A DNA stretch of 64,000 nucleotides from the NCBI GenBank assembly GCA_002633005.1, contig NMRA01000053.1, positions 1,126,240-1,190,239 of the forward strand, given 5' to 3'. The position numbers and the translations under genes are program-made. The stretch is from Phoronis australis. Taxonomy: Eukaryota; Animalia; Phoronida. Each line of letters opens with the position of its first letter. The first letter of the stretch is position 1. The notes under the pieces are model-generated. The model did no database searches, had not been told where the DNA came from, and was given only the letters and a program-made list of their open reading frames with translations. Of this stretch, positions 27,901 through 37,491 are shown piece after piece.

Positions 27901-28758
27901 CACATGGATTCTAGATTCTGTAACCCATTGACCTTTATATGGCTGAAGATTTCTGGGTCTGCAACTGCTTGTGTGTGGGACACCAGTGTTCTCAGTAAAC
28001 AACACGGGTAGCGAGTTCTCTGGCCTTAAACATTTGCACACATGTTGCCGATTGATGGCATAGTTCAAACCCTGACTAGGGCGTTGGCGTGTGTTAAAAC
28101 GTGATTTTTTATTAACTCGTTACATTCCTTTAGGCTTCAAATAAAGAATTTCACAGTTTTTTGCTGTGTCACGTGTAATTACAACACTGATGTGATGGTT
28201 CCGGAAAAATATTCTCGACGCACTTTCCTGTAGTCTCATAAACCAAAGGATACTGAGTATACGAAGTACTGAGATTTATAAAGGGTAAAAAAATGCTATA
28301 TTTGTACTTTGATATTTTTCGATTTTTTTCTGATTTGATCAACTTTGTACGTCTCTCTTTTTCAGGCGGCGATCATCCTGTGTATAAGTTTTGTCACTGT
28401 ATGGTTCCCTTATGCAATCGTGAGCTTGTGGTCTGCGTTCGGAGACCCTACCACCATCCCCTTGGCATTGACCGTAATACCGGTTTTACTGGCAAAAGCG
28501 TCAACAGGAACCAACCCCTTAATATACTCAATAACAAGTTCCAGATTCAGACAAGATGTTAGGAAACTGTTCGTCAGAGACAACAGAAAGGTTGAAGTAG
28601 GCCAAGAGCTATCCAGAAGAGAGAACGCCACGTCGAATTTTGAACCACGGTGCGCTTATGCTATGGTCGAAATACCTTCAGTAGCGGGGCCTTCAGGCGT
28701 AAGTGAAATAGCTATAACGCGTGTAAGCGAGAAACCGCGTCAGAAATGTTCAAAGTAA
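12926..28758 (+). CDS. OPN5: Opsin-5 (neuropsin) family opsin, 378 aa; join(12926..12953,14731..14829,19507..19689,23751..23858,27562..27887,28366..28758)
   Basis: All junctions are phase-compatible (1137 nt including stop). Matches the OPN5 pattern: DKFDSKL..WQD..IGSY, E..L.SLAISDLG, HRW.YG..GCRFY, EPFGYSCT, WFPYAIVSLWSAFGDP..IP, PVLLAKAST..NPLIY. Schiff-base Lys codon at 28495-28497. Confidence 0.9.
14666..14702. repeat. (TTG)n microsatellite just upstream of opsin exon 2
   Basis: Direct reading of the sequence. Confidence 0.9.
14731..14829 (+). CDS. OPN5: Opn5-like exon 2 (N-terminus and start of TM1)
   Basis: cag|CT AAG AAC...TTA G|gtcagt. KNQTSEVPPLDKFDSKLYSWQDHVIGSYTIIL aligns to the OPN5 segment DPFASKLSWEADLVAGFYLTII. 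Confidence 0.85.
16377..16792. mobile_element. PIF/Harbinger-type MITE
   Basis: TIRs AGTGCCGTTTACAC / GTCTAAACGGGACT flanked by TTA...TTA. Internal TGACACGG repeats. Confidence 0.65.
16807..16960. mobile_element. Harbinger-like MITE (GGGCCCAGTTGCATAAAA termini)
   Basis: Imperfect TIRs. Related inverted partial copy at ~24765-24870 and similar ends at ~48385-48800. Confidence 0.55.
17071..18400 (-). mobile_element. Kolobok-like non-autonomous DNA transposon with about 310-bp inverted arms and a THAP pseudogene
   Basis: TTAA TSD at 17067-17070 and 18401-18404. Termini AGGCGAAGGCAA...TTGCCTTCGCCT (purine start). Long imperfect inverted arms ~17071-17383 / ~18088-18400. Confidence 0.8.
17780..18134 (-). 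pseudogene. THAP-domain pseudogene inside the Kolobok-like element
   Basis: MPRCCCVPGC...LRRFPKDDTLRRTWLAR*...VCGKHFL*SDYDRDMYAELMKVPAKQRLKKGIIPSL gives the full THAP motif order with stops. Confidence 0.75.
19507..19689 (+). CDS. OPN5: Opn5-like exon 3 (TM1-TM2)
   Basis: tag|GT ACA...AGT G|gtgagt. SNLLVL...ELLLVSLAISDLG...FP...HRWAYG. Confidence 0.92.
22045..22305 (+). repeat. Interspersed repeat shared with 46738-46930
   Basis: GGAGATTAGAGCAATTATC.AACAAAAGAG.GC.GGCCCTCCAACCAT.AA.GCCAGAATGGAGTTA and AACAAGTTGGGAGCAACGGG occur in both copies. Confidence 0.7.
22392..22543. mobile_element. Palindromic MITE, copy 2 (inverted relative to 8124-8280)
   Basis: Reverse complement aligns with 8124-8280. 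Confidence 0.7.
23751..23858 (+). CDS. OPN5: Opn5-like exon 4 (TM3)
   Basis: cag|GT TGT AGG TTC TAC...ATT C|gtaagt. GCRFYACISFILSLNSMCTLVVVAWARFIVVCYP; too short for the ORF track. Confidence 0.92.
26171..26341. mobile_element. MITE of the 1603 family
   Basis: Termini CATGGGCGCAC / GTGCGCGCATG. Internal AAGTCCGAG..AA.GAGACAAAAGTCCAC. Near-TSD GATCA/CATCA. Confidence 0.65.
26895..27045 (-). mobile_element. Penelope-like retroelement GIY-YIG endonuclease C-terminal remnant
   Basis: HMAGTDHSFSMENVTIRDREENWFRRGVKEAVY...SLNR matches the H..GHxF..VxILDRE..WFxRGVKEAIY..PSLNR pattern of Penelope GIY-YIG domains. Confidence 0.75.
27223..27330. repeat. Degenerate (CA)n/(CACG)n microsatellite
   Basis: Direct reading of the sequence. 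Confidence 0.8.
27562..27887 (+). CDS. OPN5: Opn5-like exon 5 (TM4, ECL2, TM5, ICL3), ends at a GC donor
   Basis: PLIGWGEYDVEPFGYSCTIRW. The phase-0 end AAG|GCAAGT is required by exon 6. Confidence 0.9.
28366..28758 (+). CDS. OPN5: Opn5-like exon 6 (TM6-TM7, C-tail)
   Basis: ttcag|GCG GCG ATC. WFPYAIVSLWSAFG...LLAKASTGTNPLIY...RFRQDV, then TAA. Confidence 0.93.
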   Translation, partial: AAIILCISFVTVWFPYAIVSLWSAFGDPTTIPLALTVIPVLLAKASTGTNPLIYSITSSRFRQDVRKLFVRDNRKVEVGQELSRRENATSNFEPRCAYAMVEIPSVAGPSGVSEIAITRVSEKPRQKCSK

Positions 28759-29464
28759 CACGCAAAATGGATATCATAACGCTTCCTCAGGACGATTGCC
28801 TAGCCTGGTGATGCAGGACGTTACCCAATGGTGTTAGCATTTCTTGGTGGATTTAAACAGCATAATCATTTTAAGTCGTCGCATACGTATTAATGAAAGT
28901 CATCAAGCATGATCTACTGTACTACGCGAGTTTCAAAATGTTATCACAAATCGCGGTCACGTTAGCGTATTAAGTGTAGATTGGTATATACATGTAAGGA
29001 AATAGATTGGTATAAAGTCAACGTTCAAACTCTGCCGAATTTCTGCTTTCAGAAAATCTATACCTTTTCCGAGTTGAATTCAATAGTTTTGAAGATATTT
29101 GACTAAATCTACAGGCTTTCCAATAAAAATGCCACAGTTGAATCTAATTTCAAAGAAATAACGAATGGATTTTTAGACTGCAGAACTGACAACCTTCCAG
29201 CGAACGAGCGCTCATCCTTCGACTACTGCTGTTGAAACTTCGTCGTTTACTGTTTTCCACCTCAGCTTTTCAATTTTGTTGTTTTTTTTGCAAATACTTT
29301 ACAGCCAACTGTATCATTTTTTCTAAAGTCTATGCATTGCAAAACAAACTTTGAGATTCCCGGAATAAGGAAACTCTCATTAGTTCCTAGTAAATGCATT
29401 TTCTTATTTTAGAATATCTATTATTTTTGGACAACCGAAATTTTGAGGTGTGTACACTTTAAAT

Positions 29465-29523
29465 AATAAAACGTAACAAGGTTTCTGCCAGAATTAAAAA
29501 CGTAAAGTTTTATTTATAATAAA
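29465..29523. terminator. Cluster of candidate polyadenylation signals on both strands
   Basis: AATAAA on + at 29465-29470 and 29518-29523 (also 29122-29127). AATAAA on - at 29509-29514. Confidence 0.35.
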
Positions 29524-30574
29524 TATAAATATTGCAAAAACAAAATAACAAATATCCAATGTCCAAAAGCTTATGTACCGACCGTTATGGCAAACAAAGT
29601 TTGACTTTTTATGAAATGATACGGTCACTTTCCTCCAAGATACGGGCGGTTCTGACAAAAATACAACCCTTACATGGCCATGTTTCAGTTAGAACACACA
29701 CGTTATGCATCATTCACTCAAAGATGTGCATCGCAAAATGGTAAATAGACGTTGACGTTTTAAAAAGTAACACTTAAACAACGTGTGCTCCACTCAAAGT
29801 TCAAATCAGACGTGTTTTGCGACAGTAGCACATCTTGACAAATGCACAATTCGCATTGGTCGCGCTCCCTGCCGAGCAAAATGTTGGAGCTCTTGTTAAT
29901 ACAACCCAGTTCTAACCTGAAAAAGAACAGGCTTAATTGTCCCTACACTGTAGTGTACTGTGCTCTTCATTTTTTTTGGCTTTACTGGTCCCCATGTAGT
30001 ACACAACTTGAAAGTCGCACACTTAAACTGCATTCCTTTGGGGACGTTAGGCGCACGATTTTCCAAACAACTTTGATCTCCACGTATTGCTCTCAAAAAT
30101 ACACATCTATTGAAAACACTAAAGTTACAAGGTTTTCATTATATTCAGAACATCACACTGTGAATAAAACCAAATCCATATATTACACAACTAAGAATTT
30201 ATTGTCTGTTTGAATAATATTACCGACCTGCGCGGATATGTGTGTTCAAGGCTCACTTACGAAACTGATGAAATTAATAAAGAAAATACCGAACACAAAA
30301 CTGCTACTGAGATTGTTACTTTCTTTGAAAATCATCAACATAGAACTAACAAGAGCTCTATCTCATCACAGAGGATTACGATCGATTTAATCACAAACCT
30401 CACAATCACCTCTGTCATTTAAAACGAACGCGCACGTAGCGGTTATGATTTAAAAAATATACGTGTCAATAAAGTTTTGCCTGTTGAAAAAATCCACATT
30501 TGTGACACAATTTAACTGGGATTTTTACAGGCATGGACGTAAATACAAGTTACGCTATAATATCTTACAATGTG

Positions 30575-30729
30575 CAGTGCTGTAGTGGGGGTAGGCGCAA
30601 GTAGGCGCAGCCAACCACCTTTTGGCATTTGGACGTAACGCCTGCGCACAGTAAGTTACGTTCAGTGTTCAAGGTGATGCGGTGAGCTCTGGACGCCTGC
30701 TTACCTCTAATTTTACCAATACAGCACTG
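30575..30729. mobile_element. hAT MITE, 155 bp, copy 2
   Basis: TIRs CAGTGCTGTA / TACAGCACTG. Perfect 8-bp TSD ACAATGTG (30567-30574, 30730-30737). Confidence 0.85.
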
Positions 30730-31976
30730 ACAATGTGGTCATTGAACTACAGGTGCAAGACAAGTAAAACATGCGTGGTGATGTTACGTTTATTCATTTC
30801 ATCTGAATATCAACTTGTGGATGTCCTAAGTCTCGGCTCCACGGCACGGCAGATGTACGGCTTACTTAGTTCACTTTAGCTGTTATCTCTGGCGTTTCCC
30901 ACAGCCAGTCTGAAGAAAGAAACATTATGACAAACTGTATAAATCGAACAATGTTTTAACATTTGTGGGAGTTGCTTACTTTACAATACCAGATTCAGAA
31001 TTACGGGCCTCATCCAATCAACGGTTTGGGGGTGTCAACGCAATACTTGACCGATACAAAAATGGGTAACCGAGACAATACATAATAATAAGATAATGAA
31101 AACGTCCATGCTCCTTTAGACATCCCCCCCGCCCCCACGCGGTGGTTTTTACATTGGAGTGGATTCTGGGGCCGTGGCGTCGTCAAAGTTGATGTTGCCT
31201 TGGGTAGAGTTTTCTTCCTTTTTTCTCAGGTGCCCAATTTCTCCGCTGCGCAGGTGTGACGTTGACATGAATTTTGAATATGCAGCGCTTGTATTTCATA
31301 TCTAAAATTTTTGAGAACGTGCATTTTGTGTGTGTGCAATGTCGCTGCATAAGTAACATATAACAACTGCAGGCGCCAAGGAGTAATATCAAAAAGTGCC
31401 CTAATCCTGGGCATGAAATTACCTTTATTTGAAGCACAGGTGTATAGCCGACATGTCACCTTTCTGACCGAGGCAATACCCACCACGGAAACTATAATTT
31501 ATTACGATATGTCTGCGATTTAAAATGACGAATTATTCACCATTTGTCAACATGAAGGCAAAGCTACTGACCTTAACGATATCGTAGAACTCCTCAAAAG
31601 ACAAAAAGCATAGATTGTTAAGCGTCAGACACACTGCTACGTGCGAAAGTAAATCAACGACTGGACAATGCGTCCGGGTTGATTTTTATGTATACATGTA
31701 GTGACGATTATTTAAAAGTATCTCACAACACTGCAAAATATAGACATGACAGGGTGAATATGTCCCAACCGGCTTAAACAGCACACTCAACACGAGTCAT
31801 CGTATTTACTCAAGAAATTATCTTTCCTTTCTTATGCATAACTTTCCCAAATTCATTCACGTTTCCACTTATATGGTCGCCACCAAATGCAGAGCAAATT
31901 CTCAGTCTCGTTCATATTCTGATTCATTGCCTTTAATAGCAAATCACTCCTCAATTGAATGAGAAGTAAGACTTAC

Positions 31977-32189
31977 TGTTTGTACGTGGCTTCCTTTCTT
32001 CATACCAATATTTAAATCCCTTCCGAGCCTTCTCATTTACGGATGTGGCGTAGTTGGAATTTGGATGCCGTTGTCCCCTCGATGTGAGTGGTACTGTCCT
32101 TTGTGATACGTAGTTCATAAAGTGAGAGTTAAACGGGTTTTTCCATCCGTAGGGGGGATGAAGTGCAGCGTCGTCTTGCTTCACAGTCC
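31977..32189 (-). CDS. Uncharacterised minus-strand gene, candidate exon C
   Basis: tatag|GG ACT GTG...AAC A|gtaagt. Open frame GTVKQDDAALHPPYGWKNPFNSHFMNY...KGFKYWYEERKPRTN; phase matches exon B. Confidence 0.55.
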
Positions 32190-35100
32190 CTATAATTATA
32201 TGAAGTAAAAGAGGCTTGGAAAACGGAAAACGATTAAACTGCATTATTCAAAATGGTTCTCTGCCACTGAAACAGAATTGAATCTTTTCATTAGGTATTT
32301 TCACAGTTTTCTGGAGAAGATTTTGAATTTCTGTTGATGTCAAAGCATTTTTTTATAGTTTCAAATTTCAATTAAAACGTTCTGTCAACTATTCGTCACT
32401 TCGACGACTTTTCTCCCAAAAGGCAAAGCAGGTCTCCTTCTTTGGTATGGCAAGACACAAACATAACACATTTCCCTTATATGACCATTGACCTTTGATG
32501 TAAACAAAACAATGGCGACTTCAAGCAGCAGGCTCTCCGATTAAGAGACAATTGATGCACGTCCTATCTGTTTAAAATTTAGTAATAAAGGTATCGTAGT
32601 ATTCAAATATATTCTAAAATGAACTTGGAATTCTTTTTCTTTGAAAAGCTCTTGCGTCACTGGCTTTTAACCTCTGATTGGTAGTGTCATCGCACATGAT
32701 AATCTACCGTTATTATCTATCTTGTCAGTCAGCTGTTTGTCAAATGACTTTCAGCGCATGCGCGAATGTATCATAAGTCGGAAGGAGATTAGAAAGTCTG
32801 TGTTGATTATAGGGTTTTCCTTCCCACGTATTTTAAAAATCGTGAATTTTGTGTTTTTCATCTGTAAATTTCATCACAAGGGAAGTTAATAACTCTGTAC
32901 TAGACGTTGCGAGATGGTACTTTCGTCATGAATTGTTTAAAAGTTATTTTTGACATAGCTTTGGCCAATCGTAATTTAGGTAAAGAAAATACAATCATAG
33001 TACTTTATTTAAGACGAAATCAAAGAGGATACATGTAATTACAAAGTTAATATTTATCTATAATATAAAAATGAAACTATCATTGTAAATTCTCCACCAA
33101 AACCAGGGCCTGGTCTCGAATCTTTTTACTCGAAATGGAACACGAAATTATGTTTGGGATTTTCTACTCTACTTTTGTTGGAACTCAAGATAAGTGTCTA
33201 TTACTCTATGCCCGAGTACAGAATGACTTATAGGGATGATTTATTAGTCCTAGTTTGCAGTTGACAAATCCAACATTAAAGCTAAAAGTTCGAGTTTGAA
33301 TTCGAAATTTCGAGTTTTTCTCGATATTTTAGCACGGATATAAGGGTTTTCAAGTGCAAACTTGGACTAGAAACTCATATGCATGAACTATAATTATTCG
33401 AGCACAGTCTGATAACCACTTATCTTGAGTTCGCACAAAAAGGGCAGAGAAATTGCCAATAATAATTTCGAGTTCGTTTCGAGTAAAAGGATTAGAGACC
33501 GGGCCCTGGTTGCATTTTGTGTATTTAGGCACTTGCAAGACCACGTGATATCGTCATGCTTAACAAGCACGTGACCAGACGCTGCTTTTATCGTGGGCTT
33601 TTGGCAGCCTCTTCTCAAGTTCATTCCACAGAAACCATAGTGTAATGCAATAGTCCTGCAAGTAATTTGTAGCGCCACAATGTGTACAGACTTACAGCAA
33701 TGCCAAGAAAAACCTGCGGGAACCGGTGAAGTCAGTCAAGTGTATTCTCTTTCAGTACTTCGAACTTCATTACAATGCACGCAACAAAAATTAGATATAC
33801 AACTCTTACAACATTGGAAACTGACCTTCAATAAATAATATATTGTTTCCTTGGTGACCGTTGGTATAACTAACGTGTCTCCAACTCCCTCCTGCTCGGC
33901 CCACCTTCATTCTGCTGCAACAGAAAAGTTGTGCATACACACTATACCACTTGTGCGTACACACCATACCACTTGTGCACATCACACTATACCACTTATC
34001 AGGAACATTCCCGCTGCTAAATTCTGACTGGATTACAAAAACCATTTCTTTTTCTTTGCTTGTCGGAGACATCCAAACCAGCTTATAACGAAGTGTAGGT
34101 CGCCTAGATACTGTTCATCTGTTACTTTGCCGTATTCTTTAAGTGAGGATGTGTAGTTTTTCATAGGTGGAGCAGCTTAGATAATTACAGAGTGTCTTTC
34201 CAGTATCGAGCGTTACCCAACTGCCTTGTAAATATGTGTAGATATTTTGACGTACAAGGGGCCAGAATACATACACAAAAAACTTATCTGGGTATTTGAA
34301 TAGCTGAGCTTGCATTACGATATTGAACAACTTACATAATATATAAAAACTAAGTGCTTTTTTACGGAACACTTCTTTCTCATAAGACATTGTACGAGTT
34401 GCTTAAACGCACAACATATGCCTCAAAATGAACTCGTCTCAAACAGATCATCCAAGGCATAAGTAACATGAAGTGTCAAAAAGTCAAACTATTTTGAAAG
34501 TGCTGGTCACAATCTTAAGACAGGTCAGTTTTATTTCGCAAGTGACCTCCCAATATTTCCAGTAATGTCGAGTAAAAGGTTTGCGTTTTTCCTGATAGCA
34601 ATGAATCCATGAATCAGCCAATTTCATAACTTCCATGCTTAGGCATGCGGTAAATGAGATGGGAATATTTGAGTATTTGTCAAACTTCACGATCTTCCAC
34701 ATTTTCTTAAACAGTTTTGATTGTTCATCGTCAACCCATGAAACTATTTCTTTTCTGAATCCCCAGTAACAGAAAATTTCGATTCGGAAGTACACACACA
34801 TTTATAAAGAATTATTACGTGATAGTCGTTTTTCGTGGATGGTGTCATTTAAGCATGATTTTGCAGAAAAAGGTGTCGCAGATATGTCAGCCACAAAATG
34901 TCCCTTTTAAAGGATGCAAACATGCAACCCCTAGCCGCTGTCGCAACCAAACGTTCTGCCGGCGGAGGTAAGTAACACACGATAGATGGCGGAGTACTTC
35001 ATGGTATTCAACTCGTGAAATCAACGGCCTTGATTTCGGCGAGAATTAGTGTTCGGTAATAAAATTAAAAAACACAACAGATTCTGCTGCTTTGTAGCTC

Positions 35101-35572
35101 TAATTAAGGTTAATAAGTTCAGGAAGTCTAGCCTATCCACTCAAAAATGTGTTTTAGGCCGAAAAAGTGCCTTTTAAAACAGCGCCACGTCTTCATTTGT
35201 CACGTCCGGTATATCGGTTGTTAAAAATTCTCCAGTATTAGACCATAAAACATGTATGCAAAAGCGTGAGATAATACATCCCATCTCTGAAAATTACTGA
35301 GAAATTGATGTTAAAACTGATTTTAAAAAGCTTCGGCAACTAAAAGTTCTTCAAGTGCCGTAGTTAATACCGATGGAAATCATCCCTAACAACTTGCATA
35401 CTCTGTACACGAATGAAAGCTTTAAGAACAGAAAGGAGTGTTAATGAAAGTTAGATATTTAACTTTATGAAAATATCCTGTTTGGAAAAATCGACCAAGT
35501 TTCCTACGTGAGATGAGGTCCAAATTAGTTGCAACAACAATGACAACATCCCATCCGCGTACCTAGGTTTAC

Positions 35573-35750
35573 CTTCCTCTCGAAAGTTTCTTATGCGCCT
35601 ATTGTGAGAGCTGTATCGTCTTCCCCGGGGGTCTTGGAATGGCTGGATTAGATTAAAGTCGTTTGAATGTGGTACGGGAAAGGTCGGAGACGGTCGCGCG
35701 TTCTGTGGAGAGGCTTGCGGGATGGCTGGCAGGCGGTCGACATCGTGTTC
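35573..35750 (-). CDS. Uncharacterised minus-strand gene, candidate exon B
   Basis: ttacag|GAA CAC...GAA G|gtaaac. Open frame EHDVDRLPAIPQASPQNARPSPTFPVPHSNDFNLIQPFQDPRGRRYSSHNRRIRNFREE; GC-rich island in AT-rich DNA. Confidence 0.55.
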
Positions 35751-37410
35751 CTGTAAAGCGTGAGAAATTAATGTACTGTTATTTTATATAAATCTATGTT
35801 GTAAATAACAAAGAGAAAACGCAAACAGTAAATTATAAAAATCAGCAATCTGGTTGTTTGATTATTCTTTATTTATTAGAAAGATCATGGTCTGCACTAC
35901 CGAATTCACAGGAATGGGTTATTAAATGTGTAGGTTGTTTGCTTGTTTTTACATACACATGTATACAAGTAGACGTACATTACGATGGATAAGTAACATT
36001 AAACCAACTGTCAACCCCAGAGAGGAGGTCTATTCAGCTTGAAGTGTGACGTCATAAACCTGGATTCGTCATCGCACACATTTTCAAGACAGCGCATGGG
36101 CGGATCCAGGACTTTTAAATGAAGCGCTCTGATCGTACCGAATACAAAAGAAGAAACTGTTTAGGCCTACTGTAAACAGATAGACCCTGAAATGCAGTTT
36201 GGTTGTCGTGCAGCTCGACATCAGCCCAAGCACGTGACTGAAGGTGTCATCAATACTAGTCGTGTTACTATATTTTACCTGTACTTCACGTTTCCAAACT
36301 ATTTCAGTGAATAATGCTGTGCTCTTAGTGATACCCGTTTTGAGATTCGTGGTTAATTACGGTCAAATATCGAGCCCCCCAAAAAATCGGCTAATACTGA
36401 GAAAACTTATTATATTTGAAAAATCGCTGGTTTGATGTCATTTTTTATAAAAATATATGACCTCGTAAATATCACTGTAGGGTGCGGGTCATAAGCAACA
36501 GCTATGCGGTTGCAGAAACAAGCAAGTAAAAACATTGAAATTTTGCTTTTCGTGGGCTATTTCGAGACAGGTTAGCATATTTTTGCTTGGGAATATTTTT
36601 GAAAGCTGCATTTCGCTAAAACCGAAACCATCCGGAGACTCAAGAAAACGCATACGGTTGACCAGTCCTAAAAGTCGAAATGACTAATGCGCGCGATGCC
36701 TGGGTCTTGAGTTCCCGACTCACTCTACAACAATTCATGATCGGGTTACCTGATTGTTTTTAAGCCCCTAAGTTACACCTAAAGAACAGCGAAGTGCCCC
36801 TTTAAGATGGGACTATCCTTGATGCTCTCTGAAGAAAGGGAGGAAATTGGCAACTTTCCAAAACATATCCATTGTAAGAAATAAGCCATTCATAATCATT
36901 TTAGTGGTATTGTTGCAGCTAACTAATTAAAACTGCTATTAAACCACCTTCCACCAAAAACAACAGTTACTTTTGATTTGAGACCACTTACCGTTATGAT
37001 TCAGGTTTTTTAAAACAATTTAAAAATTGTTTTTAATTAATCAAATATGAAGATAATTTCATGGCTTCGAAAGACCTCAATTTATTACGCTTGAGACCAG
37101 GCTCAAGTTTGTAACTGCGTCTCATTTCATGTGCGTTTTTTGCAAACAGAAATCACTTGGCAACTGACTGTGGAACAAGTTGATGCCTAGTTGACATGAC
37201 TGTAGCGGTAAGTGGCCTAAATAGTTCGCTTCGTCGGTGGCCGGAACACGCGCGGACCGGGTTAATAGCCGATTTAAGGAATGAAATAGATCTAGTGCAT
37301 TAATTAGAATACTCAGTTTGTTAATGAGTAAATTTGTTGGACAATTAGAGAATTCGTTTGTTAGTGAGTTAAAACCAGTGCACTCATTTCTACCGAGAGT
37401 GTAGACTCAC

Positions 37411-37491
37411 CAGGCGATCGGAATAGTCATCATGCTGACTGTAGTGGCCTGTGGCTGACGACATCATTAAACCTTCTTCACTCGGGAACAT
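37411..37491 (-). CDS. Uncharacterised minus-strand gene, candidate start exon A
   Basis: aaacATG TTC...CGC CTG|gtgagt gives MFPSEEGLMMSSATGHYSQHDDYSDRL. Phase 0 matches exon B; upstream acceptor near 37556. Confidence 0.45.
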
